Assembly (NCBI RefSeq): GCF_009914755.1 | Contig: NC_060925.1 | Origin: the human T2T-CHM13v2.0 reference genome, Homo sapiens | DNA length: 64,000 nucleotides | Direction: 5' to 3' (one strand) | Part shown: one piece after another, positions 1-43,239 of the stretch | How positions within the stretch are numbered: position 1 is the stretch's first letter | How the letters are laid out: each line of letters begins with the position of its first letter | The notes under the pieces: model-generated | Databases searched by the model: none | The model's input: only the letters and a program-made list of their open reading frames with translations | What the model was told of the DNA's origin: nothing | Translations under genes and position numbers: made by a program

Positions 1-733
1 TTACCAGGCTGGTATTTTCATGCAAAAGCAGCATTTCAGGCAGATCTGGCAGCAGAACGCCGGGGGGAAAGAGAGATTACAGTCCAGAAGACTGCGAAAT
101 GAGCCCAGGGGTGAGCTGGCAGGACAGCAGGCTCAAACAAGATGGAAAGGATGGGCTGAGTGGGAGAACCACCAAGAGTGAAGAAACAGGAGGACTTGGC
201 AGGAAACCGTGAGGGAGGGAGCTGTGCAGAGCCAATTCACCGGCCATCTGCAGGCCTGGGGGTTTCCCCTGAGGAGGTCACCATGCATTCTGACCCCCTC
301 ACCTGGTGTCAAAGGCAGCAGACAAAAATTAAGACAACTAGCCTCTGCTACAAAGCCCCTGCCCCCAGCTCCTCCCTTTGGCCAACCTCTCCACAGATCT
401 GTTTCTCCCTTTTGACATTTTAGGATCTTCAATTTGCAGCTGAGGCATAGATGTGTTTGGATGATCTGGTGTGAAATTAAAACCCAAACCAGAGCCTAAG
501 AGTGTGGACTCTTCCAGGTGGAAAAGCAAGCAAGGCTAGAACTAGGGTGGGGATTTTGATTTTTCATGTGAGGAGCAGGGATAGCAGAGCAAAGAGAATG
601 GGAAACTGTCTCTCCACCTAGCTCCACCCTGACATGAGGACACAATGGTAGTAGGTGGCTGGCAGTTAGGAGGGTCCACTCGAGGAAGGTAACCGTGAGA
701 CTGTAGAAGCTGGAATAACAATTTAGACCAATG

Positions 734-1010
734 GTCAGGCATGGTGGCTCACGCCTATAATCCTAGCACTTTGGGAGGCTGCAGTGGGAGGATCACTTAT
801 CCCAAGAGTTTGAGACCAGCTTGGGCAACATAGGGAGACCCTGTTTTTACAAAAAAAAAATGTTTTTTAATTAGCCAAGCTTGGTGGTGCATGCCTGTAA
901 TCCCAGCTACTCAGGAGACTGAGGCAGGAGGATAGCTTGAGCCTGGGAATTCAAGGCTTCAGTGAGCTGTGAACCCACTACTGCACTCCAGCCTGGGTGA
1001 CAGCAAGACT
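734..1010 (+). mobile_element. Alu (old, J-like)
   Basis: Two-arm Alu consensus. Confidence 0.9.
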
Positions 1011-1014
1011 CAGA

Positions 1015-1279
1015 CAAGAAGGAAGGAAGGAAGAAAGGAAGGAAGGAAGGAAGGAAGGAAAGAAGGAAGGAAGGAAGAGAGGGAGGGAGGGAGGGAGGAA
1101 GGGAAGAGGGAGGGAAAGAAAGAGAAAGAAAGGAGAAAAAGAGAAAGAGAAAAAGGAAGGAAGGAGGGAAGGAAGAAGGAGGAAGGAAGGAAAAGAGTGA
1201 AAGGAAAGGAAAGGAAAGAAGGAAGGACGGAAGGAAGGAAAGAAAGAAAGAAAGAAAAAAGAAAGAAAAAGAAAAAAAG
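1015..1279 (+). repeat. (GGAA)n/(GAAA)n polypurine tract
   Basis: ~260 nt almost pure purine, derived from an Alu tail. Confidence 0.95.
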
Positions 1280-1603
1280 CACTTAGACCAAGATCATTGG
1301 GGCCATTTAGTTCAAGGGCCCATTGTACCTAACCTTACAGCTATGTAAGCAGGCCCAAATGAAACAAGACTGGTAATAGCTAATGTTTATTAAGTCCTTA
1401 ATCTAGCCACCATGTTAAGTGCTTTACATGCATTATTTCATTTAATTATCACAACCACCTTATGAGTTAAATACTATTAGAATCCCCATTTCACAAATAA
1501 GAACATTAAAGGCCATAGAAGTGAATGAGTTAGCATAAAGTCACAGGGCTAATAGTGTTGGAGCTGTCTGATTTCAAAGACTGTGTTCTTAGTCCCTGAA
1601 CTG

Positions 1604-2654
<1,051 letters not shown>

Positions 2655-3356
2655 CTATGTCCCAGCTTTGCCAAATTCTTGCTGAGAGCCTGATGAAATC
2701 GCTTCTTGAAGCCTCTGTTTCCTCCTACATAAAATGAGGCCAATGCCACCTGAGCTGGTGGGGTTACCGTGAGAAGTAAGTGAAATGATGCATGTCAGCC
2801 CAGAGCACAGTCCTGACACACAGCGACAATCATCCTCAGCACCCTCATTGTCACTGTGCCCTGCAGCTATGGCCAGGGACAGCTGCCCTCTGCACCTGGC
2901 TATGATGGGATAGAAAGTGAGCTTCCTAATGAGGATGAGTCCCAAACATACAGTATGGCCTCTCCTGTCCCTCTGTCACTTTGTGAGCCTAGGGATAAGT
3001 GGTGCTCCAGAAAAAAAGGGGGTAGATGAAGGTCCCCACAAGGTCAAGACAGGGAGTTGGAATCCATCATTTGACATTTCAAGAGCCCAATAGAATTTTT
3101 GAGGAAGGACAAGAGGGGCAGCTGTGTCAGAATGCACAGTGGAAGGGGCTCGGGGATTGCATTAGGGACACAGCAAGAATCCAACCAGCCTTAGTCTGAA
3201 GTCCAGGAAGTGGAAGGGATATTTACTTACCTTCCTTCCTAACTGGCTTGCCATCCCATGCACAGAAACTTCACATTATACCACTAGGAGGCCTCCATAG
3301 GCACAGAGTCTTGCAGCGGGATGGGGAATGAGAAGATGCCAAAGAAACCCAAGACA

Positions 3357-3493
3357 GGCCGGGCGCGGTGGCTCATGCCTGTAATCCCAGCACTTTGGGA
3401 GGCCGAGGCGGGTGGATCACGAGGTCAGGAGATCAAGACCATCCTGGCTAACACAGTGAAACCCCGCCTCTACTAAAAAAAAAAAAAAAAAGA
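3357..3493 (+). mobile_element. Alu left monomer only (Sc/Y-type diagnostics) with a perfect 16-bp TSD
   Basis: AAAGAAACCCAAGACA at 3341-3356 and 3494-3509. Confidence 0.9.
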
Positions 3494-4019
3494 AAAGAAA
3501 CCCAAGACATCCTCTTTCTGGAAAAGATTCACTAGGATGCAATTTATCAGCACATGTCAGTTATCATCAGGATTTCCTTGCTTATCTAAAGGCCATTTAT
3601 GAAGTATCCTTCAGGCCCCTGGAAGCTAACCAAAAACCAGAATGAGAGACCAAAGGCCTTGTGATACCCCTTCTGGAGCAGTCAGAGGATTACGAAGCCC
3701 ATGCGCTAAAGGTGACATACTTTAGCTGCAAGGGAGTCCCTAAAACCCTTGCTCACTGACTGCCTTGTTTTCCCTTAGACAGAGTTTTAAATAATGTGGC
3801 TGATTTATCAGTCCATTGTGCATCGAAAGTCATAAACTTGAAGTGGCCAGGGAGGGCTGCTAGGGGCTGGTGCGTTGAAGAGCGATGGTTGCAGCCTGAC
3901 CACAAATGAGACAACACCAACTCTGAACAGCAACGCAGCACAGGGGGCAACCCCATGCAAGCCAAACAGCTTTCTGCACCTTCCTAGATCAGAGGACACC
4001 ACTTCTCTGACATGAGACC

Positions 4020-4362
4020 TGGTCACAAATATTTTGGCTTTCTTGGGATGTTAGGAATGGCCACAGGACGTGCTTTGGCTTATGACACATGAATAGAAAT
4101 AACGAGAGTCACTCCCGGGCAGAAGCTCTCAGAGCTAGCGGGTGATTCATCAGGCTTTCTTCCTGTTCCACCATGGTGAACAGCAACACTTTCTGATAAT
4201 GGCAGCTCTACCAGCCTGGATCCTAGAGTGAGGATAAAAATGATGCAGAGCAGAGCCTGCAGCCGATCAAAGAGCACAAGTGGCATGGGCAAGAAATAAA
4301 CTTTTGTTGCTTTTGGGATTGCCTGTTACCACCATACAACCTAGTCTATCCTGACTGGAACA
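4020..4362 (+). mobile_element. MaLR LTR (MLT1-like)
   Basis: GGGCAGAAGCT...CAGCCTGGATCC...AGAAATAAACTTTTGTTG...ACCTAGTCTATCCTGACT, typical of an MLT1 3' end. Confidence 0.7.
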
Positions 4363-4848
4363 TCCTAAAAGGTTGAACGAGGTCAGCTCACTTTGATTAA
4401 AAAGTGTGTGTATTATCTTTTTGGTAGATTACCATTCAAAATAATCAATATTATATTTTGCTGCCTCTAGGATAATTTTCAATTATATGGAAAATTCACA
4501 TACTCTAGTGTTTGCTGGATAAATGAGTGATTACCAGAACATGAATTGAATGAAGGAAAGGGATCTAGTTTCTGGAACACTCCCTTCACTAGGGAGGCTC
4601 CAGGTCTCTTGTTCATGGTTTTGTAAAATTTACCTGTGTTATTTATGGAGCTAAGGTAGAACCTGGGTCTCACATGCTGCTACTGCCAGAACCGGCCTCT
4701 CAGCATTTGTGGAATCAGCACAAGGGTGGCGTATGCTCAGGATTGGCCTACGGCTGGTTCTGCAAGTGCTGAGGGTCTCTGGTGCCCATGTGGTAGTTGG
4801 AAGGCCCCATTATATATCTGTCTGTGCTCTCATAGAAGGAAATCTATG

Positions 4849-5142
4849 GGCTCGGCACGGTGGCTCATGCCTGTAATCCCAGCCCTTTGGGAGGCCGAGG
4901 CAGGTGGATCATCTGAGGTCAGGAGTTTGCGACCAGCCTGACCAATATGGTGAAACCCCATCTCTACTAAAAAAATACAAAAATTAGCTGGGTGTGGTGG
5001 CGTGCACTTGTAGTCCCAGCTTCTCAGAAGGCTGAGACAGGAGAATTGCTTGAATCTGGGAGGCGAAGGTTGCAGTAAGCCGAGATCATGCTACTGCACT
5101 CCAGTCTGGGTGACAGAGTGAGACTGCATCTCAAAAAAAAAA
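4849..5142 (+). mobile_element. Alu (S-like)
   Basis: Full two-arm consensus; flanking gaaatctatg repeat. Confidence 0.9.
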
Positions 5143-5159
5143 GACAGAAATCTATGATG

Positions 5160-5405
5160 TGTTCTTGAGTAAAAGAGCAAGCCAACAACTTCTTCAGAAT
5201 ATATAGTCTTTTTAAACATACATGGCACATTTACAACATTGATCTCATACTAGGCCAACAACCAAGTTTCAACAAATTTTGAAGGATGGAAACCATATGG
5301 GTCATTTTCTCTGACCACAAAGCAATCAAGCTAGAAAAGAAACTATAACTAGAAAAATCTCATGTTTGGAAGGTAGGAAATATACTTTTAAGTAACCCAT
5401 GGGTT
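5160..5405 (+). mobile_element. Old L1 (L1M) ORF2 endonuclease-region fragment
   Basis: TTTTCTCTGACCACAAAGCAATCAAGCTAGAAA resembles the L1 EN 'FSDH..IKLE' segment. Confidence 0.6.
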
Positions 5406-6208
5406 ATACATCCTCTCACTTAATCCTCCTAACTATTCATAACGCAGACCCTCATTTTAGAAACGCAGGAGCTGAGATAAGAAAGAGAATACCATTTGCT
5501 CAAATTTACCCAGTTGGCAGTGGTGGAGCCAGGACTCAAAACCAGGCTCTGTAACTTTAGAGCCCAGGGCTTTAATGATACCCTTCTTATGCTATGTCTC
5601 ATGGGAATTCAAAGATCCTCCCTCACAGCCTCAACGATCTGCTGTTTCACCTCTTAGAATGGCCAGTCACTGACAGGTGGAGATCTAGGCCCAGCTTGCT
5701 CTGGTGGCCCTGACCATGGGCCATTGTGTAGAGATGCATTTCCCTTTTGCTCTTACCTACTTGGACTGAGGCACGAAGTCTTGAGTAGTGGAGAAGAGAG
5801 TTTCAGTTTGATGCCCCCAAATAGCTTTGAACTGGATCCCTAAGAAGACTTCCTTCCTTTTAAAGTTTTTTTCCCACATGGGCCCAAGTAGTAAGCGAAC
5901 ACAGAAGAAAGACAGAAGGAAGTCAATTCCAGATGGCTCTCCATCTTGCTCTACTGCAGATTAAACAGAAAATTCCAACATAACATTAAGCAAACAAGAG
6001 TATTAATATCATTCATATTATAAACAGAACAGAATGGAAATTCAGTCTGTATCTGACTTAAATTTGGGGCAAGGGCCTCAGAGCCAGAAAACAGACAATA
6101 AAAGCACCCTGATTCTGAGCAAGTTGGAGGTTTATAATATTTGAGGCAAGAAAAAATGACCAAGGTACTCCTAGGCCTCTCTGGGAGTGGCCTTCTGCGT
6201 TTTTAAAT

Positions 6209-6218
6209 TTTATTTATT
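6209..6218 (-). terminator. Candidate polyadenylation signal (two overlapping AATAAA)
   Basis: Plus-strand TTTATTTATT immediately beyond the Alu A-tail; T-rich tract ~50 nt downstream on the minus strand. Confidence 0.5.
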
Positions 6219-6227
6219 TTAAATTTT

Positions 6228-6529
6228 TCTTTTTCTTTTTTTTTTTTTAAGACAGAGTCTTGCTCTGTCACCCAGGCTGGAGTGCAGTGGCGCGATCTTG
6301 ACTCACTGCAACCTCCGCCTCCTAGGTTCAAGTGATTCTTCTGCTTCAGCCTCCTGAGTAGCTGGGATTATAGGCGCCTGCCATTACGCCAGGCTAATTT
6401 TTTGTATTTTTAGTAGAGACGGGGTTTCACCATGTTGGCCAGGTGGTCTTGAACTCCTGGCCTTAAGTGATCTGCCTGCCTTGGCCTCCCAAAGTGCTGG
6501 GATTACAGGCATGAGCCACCACGCCCAGC
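6228..6529 (-). mobile_element. Alu in the PAFAH2 3' UTR (sense to mRNA)
   Basis: Reverse-complement Alu with poly-T at 6228-6248. Confidence 0.9.
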
Positions 6530-7413
6530 CTTCTTTATTTTTAAGATGGGGTCTCGCTCTACTGTCCAGGCTGCAGCTGAGTTTTAGCTGACCAAACTAC
6601 TTCTCTGTTGTGGCAAAGGCCTGTGCAAATGGCCATTTAACACTGTTGTTCTGTCATCTTCCCCATCTCAACCTGCTTTTGTTGTTTCCTATCAAGATAC
6701 ACTTAGCAAAACCCCCAAAGACATCCAGAGCTTCTGAGGTACCTCTGTGTACCTCAGTTTTTCTCCCTGTGCTGTGAGAGCCATGCTGTCTGCCACTCTG
6801 TGGGCTCACAAGTATAACTTACTACTGTAAGTATAAGTAGTACTATGTTCCATACAATGAGAAGACTTGGAAATAAATAGAAAATGTGATCACGGCTCAC
6901 ACCTAGAAATTTACATAAAGTGCTCAGACTTCAACAAGTGGCCCTGGGGAGGGAGAAGGCTGAGAGGTAGGAAGAGATGGTGTTGGGCTGGGCTAGAGTC
7001 TCTGAAGGTAGGGATTTTCATTCTGTCCTTTGGCTTCATCTCTTCCACTGAAGCAGCAGCACTGGCCGGGGGTAAGGGAATGAGCTTCGCTGGGCTGAGT
7101 CTTCACATCCAGGCCTCACAGTGCTCAGCCCGGGGCCTGGGTCTCCCCCAGTCCCACTCTACTGCTTGTTCCCCACTCCATCAAGGTCCCAGAAAGTCTG
7201 TTTGTCAATCAGCAAGGGATCCCAGTCCCAAAGTGATTTTAAGATCAAATCTAAGATCAAAGTACCCAGTTATCCAAGCAGCAGTGTGATTACACCTTTC
7301 AATCTGTGAAAAGGGGTCACGTTGATCACTTCTTGATAGGAGCTCATGGGTGCCCTTGGGTAGCTCCCAAATGAAAACTTGGCTGAAGTGACTTTACAAA
7401 TGGCCAGTTGTGC

Positions 7414-36359
<28,946 letters not shown>

Positions 36360-36691
36360 TTAGCACCTCATCCTCCCTGCCGTCGCTCATTAAATCTTGC
36401 ACCTACTACTTTGCTACATTGCCTTTGCCAAGGTTGGGGGTTGTTTTTTATTTTGCTAGGGTGAGGAGATGGCTGGAAGACGAAAGAGAGCCATCCATAC
36501 TCCTTACAGCCCATTAACGTATGTTTATCCAGCAGCTACTGCTGCAGAGACTGTCACACAGACCTTGCTCTCCTGAGGCTAATAGTAACCACTAAGATCC
36601 ATTATTTACGGTTAGCACTGTACTGACCTCTTTATAGACACTATACACATTGCATCATTTCATTGTCTCAACCACTCTCTGAGGTAGGTAC

Positions 36692-37326
<635 letters not shown>

Positions 37327-38104
37327 TTACAGATGAGGAAACTAAGGCATAAAGAGGTTGAATAACCTTCCCAAGTTACCCAGTGGCAAACCCATCTCTG
37401 CCTAATCCGGAAGCTAAGTTCTTAACCATTACTGATCCTGCTCAGGGGGAGATTCAGTTATACAGATGCAAAGTCACTGAACTAAGCTTTTTCTTAAAAC
37501 CGTTTGATTTTTTGAGAGACAGGGTCTTGCTATGTTGTCCAGGCTGGTCTCAAACTCCTGGGCTCAAACAATACACCTGCCTAGGCCTCCCAAGTAGCTG
37601 GGATTACAGGTAAGAGCCACCACACCCAGCTTTTAAACTACTGAATATGGGGTAGCACTTATGCTGGGCCTTTAAAGATGAGGAAGTTGAGAGGCAGGGG
37701 AGGAGGAAGAAAGCACTTATAGAAAAAATCCTAAGAGGAAAAAAAGCAGAGGTAGGGAAAAGTATGATGTGGGCAGTAGATCAAACAGATGCTTTCAGCA
37801 TGACAGGCATGCACACTCCTGACTAGATAACATTCCTACGGCTCAGCTGCTTCCTAAACTGGTGCCAGTGCTCCCCTAACCCTCTTCAGTTTCATCATCT
37901 CCAACACCACCATCATCATCATACTTACTCTGTGCCAGGAACTATGTTTAGTGCTTTTCACATATTATTTTATTTAATTCTTTCAACAGTCCTCTGAGAT
38001 ACGTATTATTATCTCATTTTACAGATGAGGAAACAGATGCTTGACAAAGGCAATTTACCCAATAACATATGGCGAGCAGAGCCAGAATTCGATCATGGAC
38101 AATG

Positions 38105-38632
38105 TGGTTGTAACATGAGAATGTCAAACTTCCCAGTGTCCCTTGCCTTGTGATTTGGGTGGGGCTGACCCCTCCTTAACCTCCGGAGTTGAGCCTTAAT
38201 TAACCGGAGCCAATCAGTCCTTCTTATTCTCCGGTCAGTATTTGGATGAAAAGTGCGCGTATGGCATTAGGTTGGTCCAATAGGCGTAAAACCCGGGACT
38301 TTGGTATGACGGTTGAGGGGAGAAAAGTTATTTCCTGTGTTGGACTAGTGTGATGTGCAGATGTCACCTGTCAAGTGGCCTTGAACCACAGCAGCCACTT
38401 TTGCCACCTTGAGGATGAAGATACCCATGGTGGATGGGAAAACCAGAAGAATCACAGAGAAATAGAGGCCCATTTGTGAAGACATTAAGAATCCACAGAT
38501 TAGACCATACCTGAAACCTGACCCACTCCTAGACTTTCTAGTTACATGAGTCAGTAAGTTCCCTTTCTTGGTTAAACCAACTGAAGTTAGATTTCTTTTG
38601 GTTGTAACCAAAAGCATCTAAATGGATACACA
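38105..38632 (+). mobile_element. ERVL/MaLR LTR (MLT1K/L- or LTR33-like)
   Basis: 3' end GTTACATGAGTCAGTAAGTTCCCTTTCTTGGTTAAACC...GTAACCAAAAGCATC...ATACA; similar ends at ~17100-17175, ~27670-27752 and ~29140-29222. Confidence 0.55.
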
Positions 38633-40739
38633 CTGAGTCTGGGGTCCACATGTTAATGATTAAATTATTCTGCTTCCTTTAAGATGCTCTGGGAGGGATT
38701 CAGGAGTTCCAGTCAAAGCATGTCTGGGTAAGAAGAGACCTAAGAGAGCATTTCCGTCAATCCCCTCCACAATCGTTTTCCCCTTCTCCGCGTACATACA
38801 CGTGCTTTACCAGGGAAGACACCAAGGTCCGGAGAGATTAAGTGAGCTGCTCAGAGTCACAAGCAGAACGATGATAACAACACACAGTCTCCTGGTTGTC
38901 AGCTGCCACTTGTCTGGTCTCAACAATCCTAACATCATTCTATTTAACTTTGAAAGATAAGAAATTATTTTCTTTCTACTACAGATAGCATCTTCATTTT
39001 GTTTCTTTTTAGCAAATTTAAAAACAAACCCAATTCTTTTGAAAAAGAAGCTAAGCTCCTGATGTCAGTGGGTTGTTCAGCCAGAGTGAAGGGGGATGAG
39101 CTCTGCTTAGCCTGAGACCCTGACCTTTCCCCATCGCTTGTTGTTGAGGTCTGCACATGGAAGACCTACTGCTGGGGCCACAAGACACCTGTCACTCACA
39201 TGACAATGAAGCAGCTGCAAGTTCAACTGTCATAAAAGAAAAGCAGATAAAAGACCACAGGAGTTCTGAGAAGAAACAGTGCTCCTTTAGCTTGGAAGTA
39301 GAGAGCAGGGGAAGATGGGAAAGGCTCTTTCAAGCAGGAGAGAGCAAGCAAAGGCACGGTAAGAAGGAAGCTTGTGTGAGAAACAACGCAAGGTGAGAAG
39401 AGAAAGTTGTGACCAGATTTGGGGAGGAGCAGTCCCTCAAGTGCTAAGCTAAAAAGTTGGAATCTACTCTGGAAATGAGGTCATGTCCATGAGAGATAGT
39501 CTGAAAGAACCACATTGGAGGCCCAGCTCATTTGGTGCCTAGCTTTTTTTTTTTTTTTTTTGAGACAGGGTCTTGCTCTGTCTCCCAGGCTGGAGTGCAG
39601 TGGCTCACTGTGGCCTCACCCTCCCAGCTCAAGTGATGCTCCCACCTCAGCCTCCTGGGTGGCTGGGACTATAGGCACTTGCCATCACACCCGGCTAATT
39701 TTTGTATTTATTTGTAGAGATGGAGTTTCATCATGTTGCCCAGGCTGGTCTCAACCTCTTGGGCTCAAGCGATAATCCTGCCTTAGCCTCCCAAGGTGCT
39801 TGGGATTACAGGAGTGAGCCACCGCGCCAGCCCTGCCTAGCTTTCTTATCTTATGCAAGTTATCTGATCTCTCTAAGCTTGATTCCCCATCTGTACAATG
39901 GGAACACTATCCATCCTCACAGGGTTGCTGTGGAAATAAAATGAAATAATGCATTCAAAGCATCTGGTGTGGTACCTGACTCTTAGGAAGCATCCAAGAA
40001 ATGTGCTGATTGAGTGAAAAGTAGAAACACTAGGGTTTGGCCACTGAGTGAATCTGGGGAGTCAAGAGCCAATAAGTCAGGTTTTAAGATTGGGGAACCA
40101 GGACAATAGTCCTTAAGCTTCTTATGGGAACAGATTTTTGTCTCACTCTGCATAGAGAACAGCACTTGGGATAGGAATCAGGATAAGCGGACTTGGAAAT
40201 GGCCAAACAGAAGACAGCAGAACTCTCTGGTGCTCCTGGAAAGTTTCTGGGAAGATCATCAACTAAATTGTTTGGAAATAAAAATTACAGAAGCTAATTG
40301 GCCAGAGTGAAGCTAACACGCAAATGAATCTTTATTTCCTGGACTCACATTGACTGATGTCCAAATAGGATGGAGAGATGGAAAAATCCAATCTGAGTTG
40401 CAAATTTTGCCAAAGAGACATTTACACAAAGCATCCAGAGTCATTTCTAATAAAAGTCATGGAATTTTCCAAGGAAATCAGTCTATGTGTCTCTACCTTC
40501 TTTTGCTCACTTTGTCTAAATAGTTCATGGTAGTACCTGTCCAGAAGCCTCTCCATCCACTGAGGCCCAGTGAAATCTCTAGTCCTCTGTGAAGCTTTCC
40601 CAGGTCCTTCCAACCTTTCCTCCTATCATCTCTGATCACTGTCCACATCCATTATCTGGTAACCAATCTTAGACTACTTTAGGGCAGCTCTTGGATTAAC
40701 ACCTATTCTAGCAGTTTTCAACCAGTGACTTGCCTGCAA

Positions 40740-40910
40740 CAGTGGTCCATAGAGAATCTAGATCTTAGGTTCCTGAACCTATTGTCACAATCACCTGGGA
40801 AGCTTTTCAAAAATGTATATTCTGGGGGCCCCTATTTCTAGTGATCAATTCGTTTGTAAAAGCTTCCCAGGTGTTTCTGATCAGCAAAGTTTGAGAACCT
40901 CTGGTCTAGA
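40740..40910. mobile_element. MER5-like hAT DNA transposon relic
   Basis: AATCACCTGGGAAGCTTTTCAAAAAT...AAGCTTCCCAGGTG...AAAGTTTGAGAACCTCTG. Confidence 0.6.
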
Positions 40911-41476
40911 CTTTGATTAGAAATGTCTCTGGATGAACTTTTCTTTCATTCAGACACGTATGCATGCAGCAGACGCTTACTGAGTATATACTGTGTTCTG
41001 GTCCACATTTTCACGACTACGATTTCACTTGCTATAATCCCCATGGCCACCCAGAAGCATGTTCCTATCACTAGACTTAATGTAGTGCCCTGCATATAGC
41101 TGGTCTCAATAATTAATTTATCCAATGAATACTATTTAATTTTTGGCACACTTATGCCTCATCTCTTCAGATCTACTCCGGGGGTAAAGATTGGGTTTTA
41201 TATTTTTTTGTAGACCAAACTGTCTATCTGCATGCTTTCCCCATATAGTTGGGACTCAATAAATGTTCCTTCATTTGGCTATGATTTAAACCCATCTCAA
41301 GTCTTCTTTAATCTTTGTTTTTGATCTAAAAATAAGGCTATATGAAATAATGGGGGACAAAGGTTTTGATGACTCTGAATTCTACCCCTGTCACTTATTA
41401 GCTGTGTGATCTTGAACAAGTTCCTCAAACTCTAAGCTTCTGATAATTTATTCTCACAACAGAAATAATAACTATG

Positions 41477-42066
<590 letters not shown>

Positions 42067-43239
42067 TCACGAGATTGTTGATGAGGATTAAATAATGCAT
42101 GTAAAGCACTCGATGGATAGAAGGTACTATAACCATAGGAGGCAACTATAATTATTTTAACTACATGCCTCTCAAGTTCCTTATACGTAAAATGGATACT
42201 TCGTAAGTGAAAATATTGCCTAGGGCCTGGTGCATTTTCAGTGCTTATAAAATGTTAGGAACTAATTAACAATGCTATGTCTCTCTTTCCTAGCCAAGGT
42301 CTCTCATTTTTCCTGGATTAAGCCCTTTGGCAAAACAGATTCTTTCCCAGCAGCCTTTTCAGGCCTCAGACACCCCTACCAAAGCCAGTGTCTACTGAAC
42401 AGGCCCAGAGGAGCCCAGAGGGAATGGATGGGGCTTAGGTTGCAGCTGTCCTCTCCTGCTGGGACCCTGTTTCTGGTGAGCAGAGGACTGCTGCTCTGCC
42501 AGCTGTGTGACACTTTCATCACTGGCTATTTCAAGATACAGTCCAAGATAAGCACTTCTCTTGTGCTTCCTTTCAGACAAAGCTCTCTGAAGACTAAAAG
42601 CTCATTGGCCTGACCTTTGGTCTCTGGAGGAAGTGAGGAAATATCATCCAGCTCGTAGACAATGAAGACACCAAGCACTCGAGGGATGAGATTGAGCAAC
42701 AAGGTGGCAGAGCTAGAGAAGAGGCCTGATAAGAGTGTTCCAGAGCATTAATAATTGTGATAAAAATAATCTCTGTCTCTTGTGAAGGTCTTACAGTTTA
42801 CAAGGCATCTTCACACATACTAGCTTGTTGGCTCCTCAACACTCCTCACCTGAGACTGATGGAGCAACAGTCATCTCCGTTTTAGAGAGGAAGAAACTGA
42901 GTCCCAGAGTTGTATGATTTGCCCAAGGTCACAGAGGGTGAGAGGCAGAGCTGGCCTAGAACCGGGTCTGCTGACTTCGAGTCCAGGGTAATCGCGGATC
43001 GGAAAGAAGGAATGGGGAACCTTCTTCCACCGCCATGAAAAACAGAAAACTGAGAGTAAGAGTAAAGTACACAAAGGGTGGAGGAGCATAAAGAAGCCCG
43101 GGGTTCAGGGATGTGAGGCTGCAGGGTGAAGGTAGGGCCGAGGAATCAGGGTAGGGCTGTGGGGTCCAAGGTGGGGCTGCGGGGGCTGGGTCCTGGGACG
43201 GGAGCTCAGTGGGGATTCCAGGGGCACTGGCCGTTAAAA

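Larger units (their letters stand above)
5550..7413 (-). other. PAFAH2: PAFAH2 3' UTR (distal end uncertain, may extend further left)
   Basis: Follows the stop codon. Candidate signals on the minus strand: AATAAA at 6534-6539, overlapping AATAAA at 6209-6218, ATTAAA at 5571-5576. Contains a sense Alu. Confidence 0.6.

Noticed and set aside
969-1286. K/E/R-rich and F/L/S-rich ORFs (also 49403-49735)
   Set aside because: Translations of purine/pyrimidine simple repeats.
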